DNA of 63,045 bases, filler included, from Bigelowiella natans CCMP2755 (taxonomy: Eukaryota; Protista; Cercozoa): assembly GCA_000320545.1 (NCBI GenBank). It is 6 parts of 6 records of this genome, joined end to end, with 100 filler letters (N's around TTAATTAATTAA, not from the genome) between each part and the next. Parts side by side here need not be neighbours in the genome. Positions count along the whole stretch, not along the records: positions 1 to 23,958 come from ADNK01002707.1; positions 24,059 to 45,250 come from ADNK01001604.1; 4 more parts are not named here. One strand, given 5' to 3'. Below the pieces are notes generated by a model. That model was not told the DNA's origin and did no database searches. It saw only the letters and a program-made list of their open reading frames with translations. Of the stretch, positions 12,858-25,502 are shown one piece after another. Position 1 is the stretch's first letter. Every line of letters starts with the position of its first letter. Both the position numbers and the translations under genes were made by a program.

Positions 12858-13805
12858 TTTATTTATGTATATGTAATATTTATATCTATATGTGGGCGAA
12901 CCTCATGATGAAGACGTACAAGAAATACAACGCGAACATAATCGCTGCTTCGTAGTTCTGGATCTTCTTATCAAAGAAGAGAGCGCTCAGAACCCCGAGC
13001 GCCACGCAGTAGAAGACCGTGTCTCGGAATAGCGGCCACCACGTGAGCTCCAGCTCCACGGAAGAAAACCACGCGCACGCGCCAATCACGAAAAGAATAT
13101 TGAACACTGCTGACCCCACGATTGTTCCAAATCCAACATCGGACTTGGACACGAAAGTCCCCATAAACGATGTTGCGAGTTCGGGGGCAGATCCTCCAGC
13201 CGCGAGGAATGTCGCACCAGCTACGTCATCAGAAAGCTTCAGCTTTGCCGTTATCACCTGTAATGATTGGAAAGTCATTTGGGGCTTTGGAAGGGTTGAA
13301 TGCCACGAAGGGAAGGGTTGTAACGTGAAAACTTTATCTACGTGCTTTAAAACTGTCATATATGACGATAGTACAGTGATGAAAACAAATCTATGGGTTA
13401 CGCCTCAACATATATTCGACAGCATCCAAGACGCATTTGCTCGGTCGCACTTGTGCTACTAACCTCGAGGGAAGGGACGAAGAACTCGTCGCATACGAGT
13501 GCAAGGGCCGCAAACATGTAGCATGAGCCGAGAAGATGCAGCAGAAAAGCTCCATTCTTCCGCTGTGTTCGCGTGAACGCATCGGTGGGATAGTTCGCTA
13601 ACTCATCGCTTTCATCGTCATTGCCAAGAAGATGACGCCCTATCATATCCCTCTCACCCATTAAGCTGTCTCTAAAAGCTTGCGAAAACATGGTCGAGAT
13701 CAGCGCAGCGATGAGCACCATTGAGAAGATACTCACGATCTGAACCCATCGTGCGGATCGAAGCATTTGCCTGTATTTTCTGGGAGTCGAGGGCGATGGC
13801 GGCAT
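10219..13805 (-). CDS. K+-dependent Na+/Ca2+ exchanger (NCKX/SLC24 family), multi-exon
   Basis: Alpha-1 repeat [20 protein letters not shown]...[12 protein letters not shown] and alpha-2 repeat [42 protein letters not shown]; also [14 protein letters not shown] and WWPLFRD. Last exon ends ...LLNEYVFS* at 10219. Confidence 0.93.
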
Positions 13806-14581
13806 TTTTTTTTGGGCTTAGGTAGATGTATTCTATTGACAAGGGTTCCTTGCTACGGCACTGCCTGTGCCAGATATGATCCACTGCTTGCTCCAAGCAA
13901 CTCTACTAATTGAGGCCCGAATACAGCGCCAATGAACGTCTCTCTGCCTCACCTCTAAGTTCCTCCACCAAATATTGAACGTGTTCAAACAATTTCCCCC
14001 AGCGGTGTGATTCACTGCAAGGCCTTCTCGCTGTGGTGGGGGGGGTCACCCACGAAACAGTGCTCAGCGAGGTAACGCCAAATTTAAGAGACGAGATATC
14101 GAAATCTATGCAAATTCAATGAATTTTTATATCTGCGACATGGAAATCGAATTATCGCTCCTCAAATATCGTATCTAATCATAGAGCGACACTCTCCGCC
14201 GAAAAGTTTGAAGGCCTCTGACAGAGCCACTTAGATTTATCTGCAGAATTCGATGCCAATATCGGGGGTGTATATATCATTTGAGGACGAAATGTGATGT
14301 CGTATGATAGGATTGCAAGTGTATTCGCACAGATAAGTATCCAATTATCGTACATGTGTGATGAAATTTATGAAACGTGCTTGAGGGTTCAGTTTTTTCA
14401 ACTACAGAAAATAATAGTTTGTCGCAAGAGCAAATCATCGCCCAAGCTTGAAATTCATCTATTTTAAAAGCTGACTCCATAGCATCTTCACAGAAGCGTT
14501 AGAAAAATAAGAAATAAATGAGATTCATGGAAGGCGTCAACATAAACTTCCGTAGTCTGGACAAAAAGGAATCCCGCAATT

Positions 14582-14790
14582 TACCATAAGTTTAACTCGT
14601 CACCCAAAAACGGGTGACATGTAACTTTTACGTCAAACTGACAAATCGATTTAGAACAGGTGACATGTAGATCTAGATCTAGATCTAACTTTGACAGATC
14701 GATTTAGAACAGGGTGACATCCTAGGACATGTAACTTTTCACATGGTTTCTTTTTCGGCAAAAACACGAATTGAGTTTAAACTTACGGTA
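14582..14790. mobile_element. MITE-like element (~205 bp) with imperfect terminal inverted repeats and TA flanks (Tc1/mariner-type)
   Basis: Left end TA|CCATAAGTTTAACTC; right end GAGTTTAAACTTACGG|TA (reverse complement TA CCGTAAGTTTAAACTC). Internal direct repeats GACATGTAACTTTT and ATCGATTTAGAACAGG. Confidence 0.55.
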
Positions 14791-15047
14791 CAGATGCGAC
14801 AGCAGAGTCGGAAGAAAGGCGAGTCGGAGGTCAAACTCGAATCGGATAATTCAGGAAAATATTTAACCTGATACTATCAGACCAATTTAGAATAAAGTGT
14901 GGATTTCAATCAAATGTCAAGCAAGACTATTTCACCATGAAAACTCAACCTATCGCATAAATATCTATTTTTTCTTTACTATTCTTAATCCTCGGATGTA
15001 AAGGAAGAAGAGCTTCCGAATGGGCTAGCGGGTTTGCCGGTCGGAGA

Positions 15048-16366
15048 ATGGCGGCGCTCGCATTTGCCAAAGGAGTACGCAATGGCTTTACACCACTTTC
15101 TTCCCATCTGAGTCAAAAGAAAAGGATCACGAGGTTCACCACAGGACAAAAGAGAGAAGGGGTTGACGGAAGGGGGAACGGTGAGTCGGATCGGAAGAAT
15201 TCAATGAAAATATTAGTCTCCTGGAGGGTGTGCAATGAAACCACACGTAAAGAGAAGGAAGAGGAATAAAATAGTATTTATTTACTTATTGACCACGACA
15301 TACTAGCTTAAAACTACTACAGGGCAAGTCTAGCCGTTGGGAGCTTCAGCGGAAGAGGGCAAGCGAGCAGGTTAGAACACACAGTTGGCACCTTGCCAGA
15401 GCTCTCGGACTCTTTCTGTGTATACGACATTGTTATCGAAGACAATTTCAGCCTAATCATAGACATCATCTATTGGTACTTTGACATACGCAATCCACAA
15501 TACCAACTACACGTAAATACCCCCCCCCCCCCTCCCCGTTGTTATTGCCTGACAGCTGCTCAGCGCGAACGGGGACCTCGGAGTGGTTCAACAGGCGCTA
15601 TTATCCGGGGCGCGCATCAACTGCCGCGAAAAGAAAGGCGAGGGGAATTCGGCTCTGACAACGGCGGCAGCTGAGGGGCAACTCGATATCGTCCGGTATC
15701 TTCTCGAAACAGGGGCCTCCATTCACAAGCCTAATCGTCAAGGCGATTCGGCCCTCATCGCAGCTAGCTCAAGAGGCCAGGCCAATGTAATTCATACAAA
15801 CATGTGTTTGTATCACGGTACATTGTTCGTGACGATCCATCTCGCAGCTGCAAGTAATATGATCTAAAAATGAACGATGACCGATGTTATTGCGTGCCCC
15901 CCCCTCTTAGATTGTTCGACACCTCCTCGCAGTTGACGGGGCGGGAGGGCACAAAAGCACTCAGCGGAACTTAATCACAGGCGATACAGCCCTTATTAAA
16001 GCGATACGACATGGACATTTGGTCGTCGCGAAACTGCTCATCAGCGGGGGTAATGTGAACGCGCAGCCTACAGTAAGGTCTGGTTGCATAAATAGAGCGA
16101 ATAAGCGTGGGGAGACTGCTCTATGATTGGCCTTAAAGAGAAACGATACTGAAGCTGTGCGGTTACTGCTGGATCTTGGCAAAGCCACACCGGCTATCAG
16201 CCCTTCCCTATCACTAGGTGAGAGTTTGGAGGTCATGTACAAAGGAGCCCAACCAACACCGCTACTATCATCATCGTCGTCGGCGGCGATGCGATCGTTG
16301 GTGGTACAACAGTCACTTACGAGAAGCTTGGTAGAGGCTATGATAGAGGTGACAAACGTATCATGA
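15048..16366 (+). CDS. Ankyrin-repeat protein, multi-exon, with an in-frame TGA at 16124-16126 (possible pseudogene)
   Basis: Ankyrin repeats GNSALTTAAAEGQLDIVRYLLETGA, GDSALIAASSRGQANIVRHLL, GDTALIKAIRHGHLVVAKLLI and GETAL*LALKRNDTEAVRLLLDLG. The 5' exons are inferred from GT/AG sites. Confidence 0.75.
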
Positions 16367-17330
16367 CTACATGAGATCACGGATTTTGTAAAAAAACCCA
16401 ATCACATGCAATTAGTTCCGCCCGATTTGCTCCATGAATATTCCGTCTTTGATCTTTCTTTAGAAACTGCACGCGATACTGGACAGAGATGTGACAGAGT
16501 TCTCCAACGAGAAGAAACACGAAGTGGTGCAAGCGACTCTTGGGTATATTCCATCGTAGTAAATAAATTGTAAAATATTGTGTTGAGTATGTGTTAGGAT
16601 AGGTAATATGAACCAAATTAAATGAGACATTTAAAAGCTATATGGCGCATTTATTTCTTGACGCAGCCGATCTGTTGCTGTCACCTCTAGACCGTGTCAC
16701 TTCGTTACAACGTTCAAAGATTGCGCTAAAAAGAGCCATTGGGACCACGTCAGCGCGGAAATATCATACGCTGCGAAGCAATAAACGTGAATCGCATAGA
16801 GCTAGAGATGCAAATCGTAGCATTGCAGTATATCTAGATATCTACAGTGTACATATCTAGCTTGCGCAAGCTAGTGAGTACGTTGTTACAATGCGATGTG
16901 GCTTCACTGTACCGACGTGTGACCTATTATTGACGTTTCATTTGTTAGACTATCACGCGCGTGCTAGCGTGGTTGAAGTGAGCGATTGGACAACACGGGC
17001 AAACTTTTCCTACATGTCATGCAGCATGCATATACGTCCAACGCGTGCGGCGGCAGTGCTTACAAACAAGTTGCCATCTAGCCATGCTAGCATGGAGAGT
17101 GTGCAGTGTGATAATCTGGCAGTGTGGCCCAGCTAGCCAGTCAAACTTAGAAACCGTAACGAAAAGCATAACACATCTAGACATGCACTAACAACGACGT
17201 AGCGATGGCCATTTTGAAGCGATCTACTTGCCGGAACCGACTGGATACATTGTTTCCGCCTCTCAAATAAAGCTCGAGCGAGCCAATCGACCAGCGATGC
17301 GCTGCTATTCCTAGTATTCTAGTATTGCCG

Positions 17331-18096
17331 CTATATGCTCTCACCAACGCTGCTGCTGCGGTGATGAGCGTGTCTGGCATTTTTCACACCACAGCAGGGA
17401 GGCCATGGCCCCCCCCCGTACCACAATATGAAGAGACAGAAACCTGTCCAGAGTACAACGTATGCTCCGAAGAAGGGGCGGCCTGGGAACCCCTGATTTT
17501 GCGAGCCGTAGACTTCATTTATGACATCGGAATACTTGTTCTCCTCTCGCATGATAATCACAAGACCGCGGCCGAACGCACCCACGACGCTGAGCGCGCC
17601 CAGTGTTAGAAATCCGGAAATGGTGACTTTTAGCTTCTTTGCGACAGCCTCCAGCCGCTCAATCTCCTTACGTTTTATCCCAATGTACTTATTATAACCC
17701 CCCATCCCCCCCCCCCCTCCTCCTCCACCTCCTCCTACTGCTGCTGCTTGAACACTGTGTACGGTAGCAGGTGAGCTGATGCTGTTATCGGTAGCAACAC
17801 CGCCAGTCATGTCCCCCCCCCCGCTGCTACCACCATCCCCTCCAACAAATGGGGCGATAAAATTGAAGAGGCTGGTGTTACTGCCCATTTTGCTGACAAC
17901 CCTAGGCGACAGGGTAGTTATGGATCGGCTTGTTTGCTTTCGCTTCCTCTCCAGCCCCTCCCTCCCTCCCTGGTCTACAGGGCATGTGGTATCAGTAGCA
18001 CATCGGCTATCCCTCCCCCCTTCGCCCTTTTCGTCCTTGAGGTCGACACAGGCATCGTTTTCCCCATCCTCAGGGTTGTGAGCCGAGAATACCCCA

Positions 18097-18128
<32 letters not shown>

Positions 18129-18261
18129 CCTCTCGCTAAAGTTTGCTGAGATTCGAGCCCTCATTGCGGTAAATGAGTCGAATGAGCTCCACTTGTGTCC
18201 ACTGACAACCCCTATCGCCATCACCATTTATTGTATGAAGGAGGAGAAACTCTATGGCATT

Positions 18262-18304
<43 letters not shown>

Positions 18305-18874
18305 ATTAAAACATATATACATGTAAATATGTTTATGCACATGTACGGTTGCGTGAATACCTGCGTTTGTCCTAGTACTGCCTTGAGGTTCAAGCTCATT
18401 GCTTCGAAGCATCCTTCTACATCGGCGGAGGACGATGGGTGATACCCTGCCCTTTGGCTTCGCTCGGCTTGGATAACCCCCGCTTTCATTTGCCAACGGC
18501 GTTAACGCCATCAAATAATTTGCCGTAGGCGTCGTTGAGGCCATGATGCGCGAGGGATTGTGACTATCTCGCTCCTCACGAATGACGATGCGATGACTTT
18601 GATTCCGCTGCTGCGGCTGTTTGGTTGTGCATTCGGTAGACCCCGCCCGAGAGCTGATGTGTTTGCGTAACGAAGCGATGTTTTCAACCACACTGTTGTG
18701 CAGCTTGATCCCGAATGAGGCCACGGGCGGCATGAGGAGGGAGATGGCTATCCCAGACGCGAAAATCGAAATGCTCTGATATCGGATTTGGTTTGTCGAC
18801 GTGGTCGCTGGAGAGCAAGAAGACACATGGCACGAGAGTCAGCAGGAAGAGAGATAAACAGCGCATAGAATAAA

Positions 18875-18916
<42 letters not shown>

Positions 18917-18940
18917 TACACATACACATATGTGTACATG

Positions 18941-19015
<75 letters not shown>

Positions 19016-19880
19016 CGTGCGCGCGCCGTTGATACGAGTGATCCAAGTTTATGATCGAAGAAAGAGTCGATGACTGTGATGTTGGTGACAACAAGAATGA
19101 TGCTGAAAATTGGTATTAACAATGCGCATTGAGTAATGGTAGGTACAATATCTTCTGCTCGTGTTGGTCTTCTTCTGATCTCTGTCATATTCCCTACCTG
19201 CTGACGAACAGATGGTTCCTACGATTACGAAAACGATGCCAGCCCGTGCTATCTTGTCGACTTTTACCACTTCTGTTGCGGGGCGAAGAAGCGTAGCACC
19301 TTGAAAAGCTTTCAGGAGTACCCGGGTGAGATGAATTGATACGACTACCATGGAGGCCTGCGCTCATGAAGTGAAAAAATAAAAGGAAATCGAATGTGAT
19401 GAGCTGGGAGCTATGAAGAAGAATCTAGCCTACAAATGGAGTTGTGCTCCTAACTCTTCCTTCAAAGAGATCAGAGAAGAGAGGTGGTGTGAATCACAGT
19501 CAGGACAGACAGACCAGAATTTTTTTTTTGACTTTTTACCAGGATGAGGTCAGCTGAAATTGCAACGAACTGCCAAGGACCGGAGATAGGCCCTCGAGGG
19601 AGCATAATGTGGAAGACAGCTGATGCTACACAACCCACAGTTGCAGACCTGAGTTGAAATCTTTCGAATTAGCACCAACATCTTGCAAATTAGAAGGTAG
19701 GGGGCCACGAAAAGAACCGTCCCGTTGATGCAAAAACAGATTGTTAGATGTCACCAACCCAAGGAAGCCCACGTTGTTTTCCGAGAGCCCCTTCTGGCAA
19801 AGTCGCAAAGCCGCGCAAGCTGCGATGCCGAGGTGGATGGCGATGATGGAAACATCGATCCAGAAGGCAGGTGGCACCAT
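17331..19880 (-). CDS. Multi-pass (about 7 TM, GPCR-like topology) membrane protein of unknown family, multi-exon
   Basis: Successive hydrophobic exons: FWIDVSIIAIHLGIAACAAL, IARAGIVFVIVGTICSS, IFASGIAISLLMPPVASFGI, a long loop, then VTISGFLTLGALSVVGAF and FFGAYVVLWTGFCLFILWYGG. No family motif recognised. Confidence 0.5.
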
Positions 19881-20539
19881 GTGCAGCGAGTTTGGACAGT
19901 GTTCAATTGCGACTCAACATTGATGAGTGTGGCGGGATGCGTAGTGCGGTCTCGAGCGTGCTCGAAGAACATTGTTCCACAGTGTCAACGAGTGAGCAGC
20001 AAGCTCATCTGCTTCGTTTGATGAGTCTTGCACTCTGATTCCACTCCCATCCGAGGGTTTTTCGAGGCGTTCCTCCCACAACCAGCGAAAATCGCATCTT
20101 TCCATTCAAATTGAGACCATTCCTGTAGTTGATGCGCGCTACGAGATGCAGCCATGCTTGCAAGGAAGCAATGCATCGCCTGTGTTTGTGCGTGAACGTT
20201 TGCTTCGTTCCAGGTTTTTTTTGGATGGAGAATTTTGCAAAAACGCATGCGATATTAGCCCTACGATCACGCCGCATTCATGTCGCAACAAAAAATGTCA
20301 CGCATGAATTTCGCGCCTCGAATTCACATTGATGCCTGACAAGCAAGCAGAATGCCGGGAAATCATCGAGAATCAAGGAAAACAACTAGCGTTTGTGCTG
20401 AGCGACATCATCAAAGAGGCACGAATGAAGATTTCTTCATGTGCCTTGATTCGTCGTGACGCAGGACAAAGTCAGCATCAGTTTCAAAATTTTTCCTGCA
20501 TGAAAATCGGGATTCTTGAGGCTCACTGCGTTCGCACGA

Positions 20540-20700
20540 CAGTGCTGGCCATGAACGCCAATTTTTCATCATGTTGTTTCACATCACAGTGAGTCCTCGT
20601 TGTTTTCTGCTCGAGGCACTGCGTTTCGCACTTTGTTGCAAGTGCCATGCAACCCATGCAACACTTTGGAGATGTGGTTGTCAAACAAAGTTTCTTCCTT
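20540..20700 (-). repeat. Inverted copy of the dispersed repeat also found at ~5700 and ~37560-38005
   Basis: The reverse complement contains TCCAAAGTGT, CACTTGCA, GTGCGAAACGCAGTGCCTCGA and GAAAAC...AGGACTCACTG...GATGAAAAATTGGCG, shared with the other copies. Confidence 0.6.
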
Positions 20701-21107
20701 TCTTCCTTTCTGTTCGTTTCCACCCAGCCTGCAACCATTGCCACCCAACTAGCCAACGATGCTTGTCGATCACTCACTCGTTTGTTTAAGTCCTCGCAGA
20801 TCTAGAGGTGGATTCGGAACAGTAACCGTGTGGAATCTCAATGATGATGCTGCATGACTAGATGAGTGTGCTCATGCCAGCATGTGCGCACAAATGCACG
20901 TGCCATCATCATTGCTAGATTGGACATCATGTCCAACATCTAGAACATGCACACGACCAGACTGAGACACGTTGCAACAATGACCTTGGTCACAATCACA
21001 CAGTCTCTAAGCAAATGAGATGTAGTCCCAACAAATGTGAGTTTCATAGCATTGTCATCTACATTTTGCAATGTGTGACATCATTTGCACGCTGCCCATG
21101 CTATTGC

Positions 21108-22452
21108 TTACTCGCACTCCTCTACATAGGTCCTGCCGGTGACGCACGACTTTAGCACGTGCGTCTTCGTTGCCATTCCCCAGTAGCTCTTCATCATGTA
21201 TCGCAGCTCGGGTGGTTCCCACCGCCCATTCTCTTCCAGCGCGGCCAGGACGCTGTTAATGTCGTGCATCCGGCTCACTTGGGAGTGATAATGCGGTTTA
21301 AACCCATACGAGAAGTTGACGTGTAACGTTGACAACCCTTCTGCGGACGGGTAGTTCACATAAACTCGGATATCCTTCTCAGTTATAGGGCTTGGAATGC
21401 TATCCGCGCCCTCGCTCCCCTCCCCTCCCCCCTGCTTTCCTTCTCCTCTCCTGCGCATGCCCCTTCGTAACAGCGTGCGCATCAGCTTGATACCTATTTT
21501 CTGAACTGCTCTCAACTGGTCAACATCGCTTCGAACAAGATCCCGTGAACAATGCAAGTAGTGTAGCCTCCGGCTCTCACTTTTTTGGTGTATGGGTTTG
21601 AGTAACGGGGAAGCTTTCTGAGGCTGAGAGAATTTATCACGACCCCCCTTATCATTCTCGCTCTTTTCATCATCTGCTACATGTTCGATAGTAGATCTAC
21701 CACTCGCTTTCGGAGCCGAGCTCTGCGGCCAAAGATCACGGCAAATCTGCAGTTCAGGATGCACCCACCATGCGCTCATGGAGAACTTGACATCCCCACT
21801 CCAATCTAAGTCTCGTGCTTCGATCGGATGGGGGGCGAAAAGCCAGTTTTTATACCTAAGCACGCCAACCGCAAAGGAATAATGTCGCACGTATCAGCGA
21901 TGCAAGAGAAAGAAGTTTCACTGCCGACAACAAGTTGCTAGCAGATTGGTGGGCTTTGGAAGTCTCTTACAGAATGCGGTCTCGCTGCCCGTAGAAAAAT
22001 CGGTCCACAAGGCGTAATCCCCCCACCTCCCCTTTGGTGAATAATTCCACCAGAAACCGAGAGAGAGGCTGCTGCGAGTAATACGGACGGATGTTCTCTT
22101 GATAAAGATCCTTGGATTCAATGATCTCGACCCATGTAATAGACTTTTGTTGTTTTGGTTGTTGTAATTGTTGTTGCTCTGGTTTCTCTCCCCCCAGCTG
22201 CTGCTGCTGCTGCCGCGACTGCTGATCTTTAGTCGCTCGATGATGCTTGGATTCTTGGCTCACATTGGCTCTATCAGGGAACGCACGAACTTTCACACCA
22301 CCCCCGTCCTTTGACTGCTGATTCTGCAGCACCAGGCTTTTGATACTGCTCTTATCCACCCCCCCACCCGACTCTCTCTCCATCTTCCATTCAAAAACGC
22401 AGTGTAAAGATGGGGTGCCTGCTGCAGGTGAGGATTCGTGCTGCCCCAAGAC
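21108..22452 (-). CDS. Scavenger decapping enzyme DcpS-like (HIT superfamily) protein; 3' exons, probably with further upstream exons to ~23.5 kb
   Basis: IIESKDLYQENIRPY (cf. DcpS ET..DY...TLP), RDRIL, LHCSRDL (cf. IRSLRDL) and DIRVYVNYPSAEGLSTLHVNFS (cf. LRVYLHYLPSYYHLHVHFT) occur in the DcpS order. Confidence 0.6.
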
Positions 22453-23513
22453 CTACGAGCGGTCGGAAGAAATGGACATTCCGATGACTTGGCGTTTGCA
22501 CAAATATTTTCCGACTTTTATCATCCAACCTTTGTCGCAGAAAGAAAACCACCTTTTTTATGGCGACTTTCTTGTCGTTGAGTACGAGGAATAAATTTAT
22601 GCGAAATACTTCGGGAATAGCGATGCGTCTTTGATGCGGGAGACCTCACTGGTCGTGGTTCGAACGGATGTGAAAGATATCCTTTCAATATTGATGAAGA
22701 TAGTTTAAAAAGATGACAGAAATATTTCTTTTACTCACAACAGTTCCACAACAGAAACTTCTCACCAACAGTTTTCGGAAGTGGCTTGCCCAACCCGCCC
22801 GACCCTTCCGGTCGCACGATAGCAATGAAAGGGCGGGGTTCTCCATGTCCGCAATGCAGCCATCCAATCCATGCACCGCCCTACTCCGGCGTAGTAGCAT
22901 GCCCAGCCTGTGGCCACCAGGTTGGTCTTCTCTCTGCGGAGTTTGTTGCTTCACTCCCTTTGCTGACTCGTTCTTTCGACTGTGTCTTCAGTGGTTCATG
23001 AATGTCGCGAAAAAGAATGGCGGAAATGCGAAGCACCAGCAACAGCATAGTAGCGGTAGGGAGGAAGGAAGGACGAACGGTATGTATTCAGAGGAAGCCC
23101 TTAGTTCTGGATGTCATCAAACCTTACCTATCGATTTTGCTTCCCCATTCCTTTCCGCCTCCCCCCTCCTCTTCACCCTGGCGTCGTGGAACGGATGGGG
23201 CGCTTCCGTTAGAAGAGGGAAAACACACACCGACGGGTGAGTTAAGCTTGTAGTAGGTGCAGATGGTCGACATACCGTATGAAAGTCCAAACGCCTTCGA
23301 TTCGCTACTACCGCTTTCACGCTATCGTCAACGACAACGATCGTCGTCATCGTCGTGAGTACTTACTCAATTCAATCCTGCTGTTGACTACATTCTCCAC
23401 ATAAACCGTCCTCGCCAGAACCATGCGACGCGAAGTTGTTCGAAGCCACAAGCAACCATCTGGGATCTTACGTGGGTTATGCCTCAAAGGTATCCATTAC
23501 CACTCTCGACGAG

Positions 23514-23555
<42 letters not shown>

Positions 23556-23958
23556 ACTGACTGTTATGTATGTGCGTTTGCACAATCATCGAGTTCTCGT
23601 TCGCCTTCGTTGTCATTTTCATTATATTCACATCCCCCCTCCCTCCCCCCTCCCTCCATCGTCATTCAGATGCTGGTGTTATCATATGTGCATGGGGATA
23701 GGGCATTGACTCTTCACGTTCTCGTACTCGGTAACACATCGATCTGCATTTAGTACAATAACACAGAGAGAGGCTACGCAAAAAGAGGCCAGCACTTTGA
23801 CGAATAGTACTGTTTTGTGTGTGTACATGTATGTGATTGTGTGGGTATATATATACATATATATATATATATATAATATGTGATTGTGTGGGTGTGTGTG
23901 TGTGTGTGTGTGGCCTTTTGTCGGTGTTACATTAAAAGGAGGATACATGGGAAATGAA

Positions 23959-24058
23959 NNNNNNNNNNNNNNNNNNNNNNNNNNNNNNNNNNNNNNNNNN
24001 NNTTAATTAATTAANNNNNNNNNNNNNNNNNNNNNNNNNNNNNNNNNNNNNNNNNNNN
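23959..24058. other. Artificial assembly linker N44-TTAATTAATTAA-N44 (also at 45251-45350, 50563-50662, 53876-53975, 60961-61060)
   Basis: The same 100-bp pattern with a six-frame stop 12-mer occurs five times. Confidence 0.97.
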
Positions 24059-24126
<68 letters not shown>

Positions 24127-24184
24127 CCCAGTCATTATTTCTCTCTCTCGCTCGCGCGCGCCCACTCCCCCCCCACATACATAT

Positions 24185-24231
<47 letters not shown>

Positions 24232-24300
24232 TACATATTCGTGAATATAGATGGAAGGGATCAATGCGTGCGCGCGACCAAGAAGAGCATACACTGCACA

Positions 24301-24358
<58 letters not shown>

Positions 24359-24377
24359 CACAACACACAACACACAC

Positions 24378-24505
24378 CATCGCCCTCTCGCGGTCCTTCT
24401 TGGAGCCCTTCTTGGTCTTCCTCTTCTGCGTGTATCCCTCCAAAAACTTGTCCAGCTTGGAACCAGGGTCGTCTTCGTCGTCGTCGCCCATTTCGTCCCC
24501 CCCCT

Positions 24506-24551
<46 letters not shown>

Positions 24552-25033
24552 CCAGCGACAGGAGAAATTGAGGTACTATCGCGCCAAAGACGCAGGTACT
24601 GAGAAGCACAGCTTAGTGATATTCAACAAGCTAAACCCCACCTTATCGGCTCCGAACACCTCTCCCTTTAGCTTGGCGATCTCCTGGGATGGGGTGACGG
24701 CAATCGTTAGTACAGAGAGAAGGAGGAGGAGGAGGAGGAGGAGAATGCTGATCATGAGGGCGCAACTTTGGAAATGTACAGAGAAGCTACGGAGCTCCTG
24801 CATCTTTATCATCGTCATTATCATCATCATCATCATCGTCGTCATCGCCAGAAACACGGGAGCAGTGAGAACGTGTGCATCATGCACGGTGATAGTTCAC
24901 ATCATGCACGGTGATAGTTCACCACCGCCGCCACCACCACCTTGTCCACTTCCGACTGTTGCTTTGGGGGAGGTCTTGCAGCCCCTGAAGGGAGGGGAGG
25001 AGGAAGAAGCAGCCCGGTAAGTTGTCACACACA

Positions 25034-25086
<53 letters not shown>

Positions 25087-25462
25087 GCTCTGAAAAACTG
25101 ATGCATAGCAGCAGCAGCAGCAGCAGCAGCAGTAGCAGTTATGGCTCGAAAGATAGCGGAGGTGTTGAAGTAGTGTTTGTCCAGGATAAAGATACAAACA
25201 AGCCAAGCACAACACGTGGTGGGAAATGAAGCCACTGAGACAAGGAGGAATCAACCTGGAGTTGCTGATGATGACGTCGTTTTCCCTCTTTTTGTCCCCC
25301 TCCTTCCATCCGCATCATCCTCCCCACCACCATCTTGCCCTCCCTCTTCTCGCCGTTTCTTCTTCTTCTTGCTGAGCCTTTCTCTCACACGACTTGCAGC
25401 CGAGCCCTGCCCGTCGGGTTGAACGATGAGGGGGGGGAGAGACAAAGACATAAAAAAGAGGA

Positions 25463-25502
<40 letters not shown>

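Noticed and set aside
22630-22670. GGTTCGAA B-box-like motif suggesting a tRNA or SINE
   Set aside because: No cloverleaf stems or A-box could be formed.
24003-24014. Recurrent TTAATTAATTAA palindrome
   Set aside because: It is always centred in identical N-runs, so it is an artificial contig linker. Gene order across these joins may not be real.
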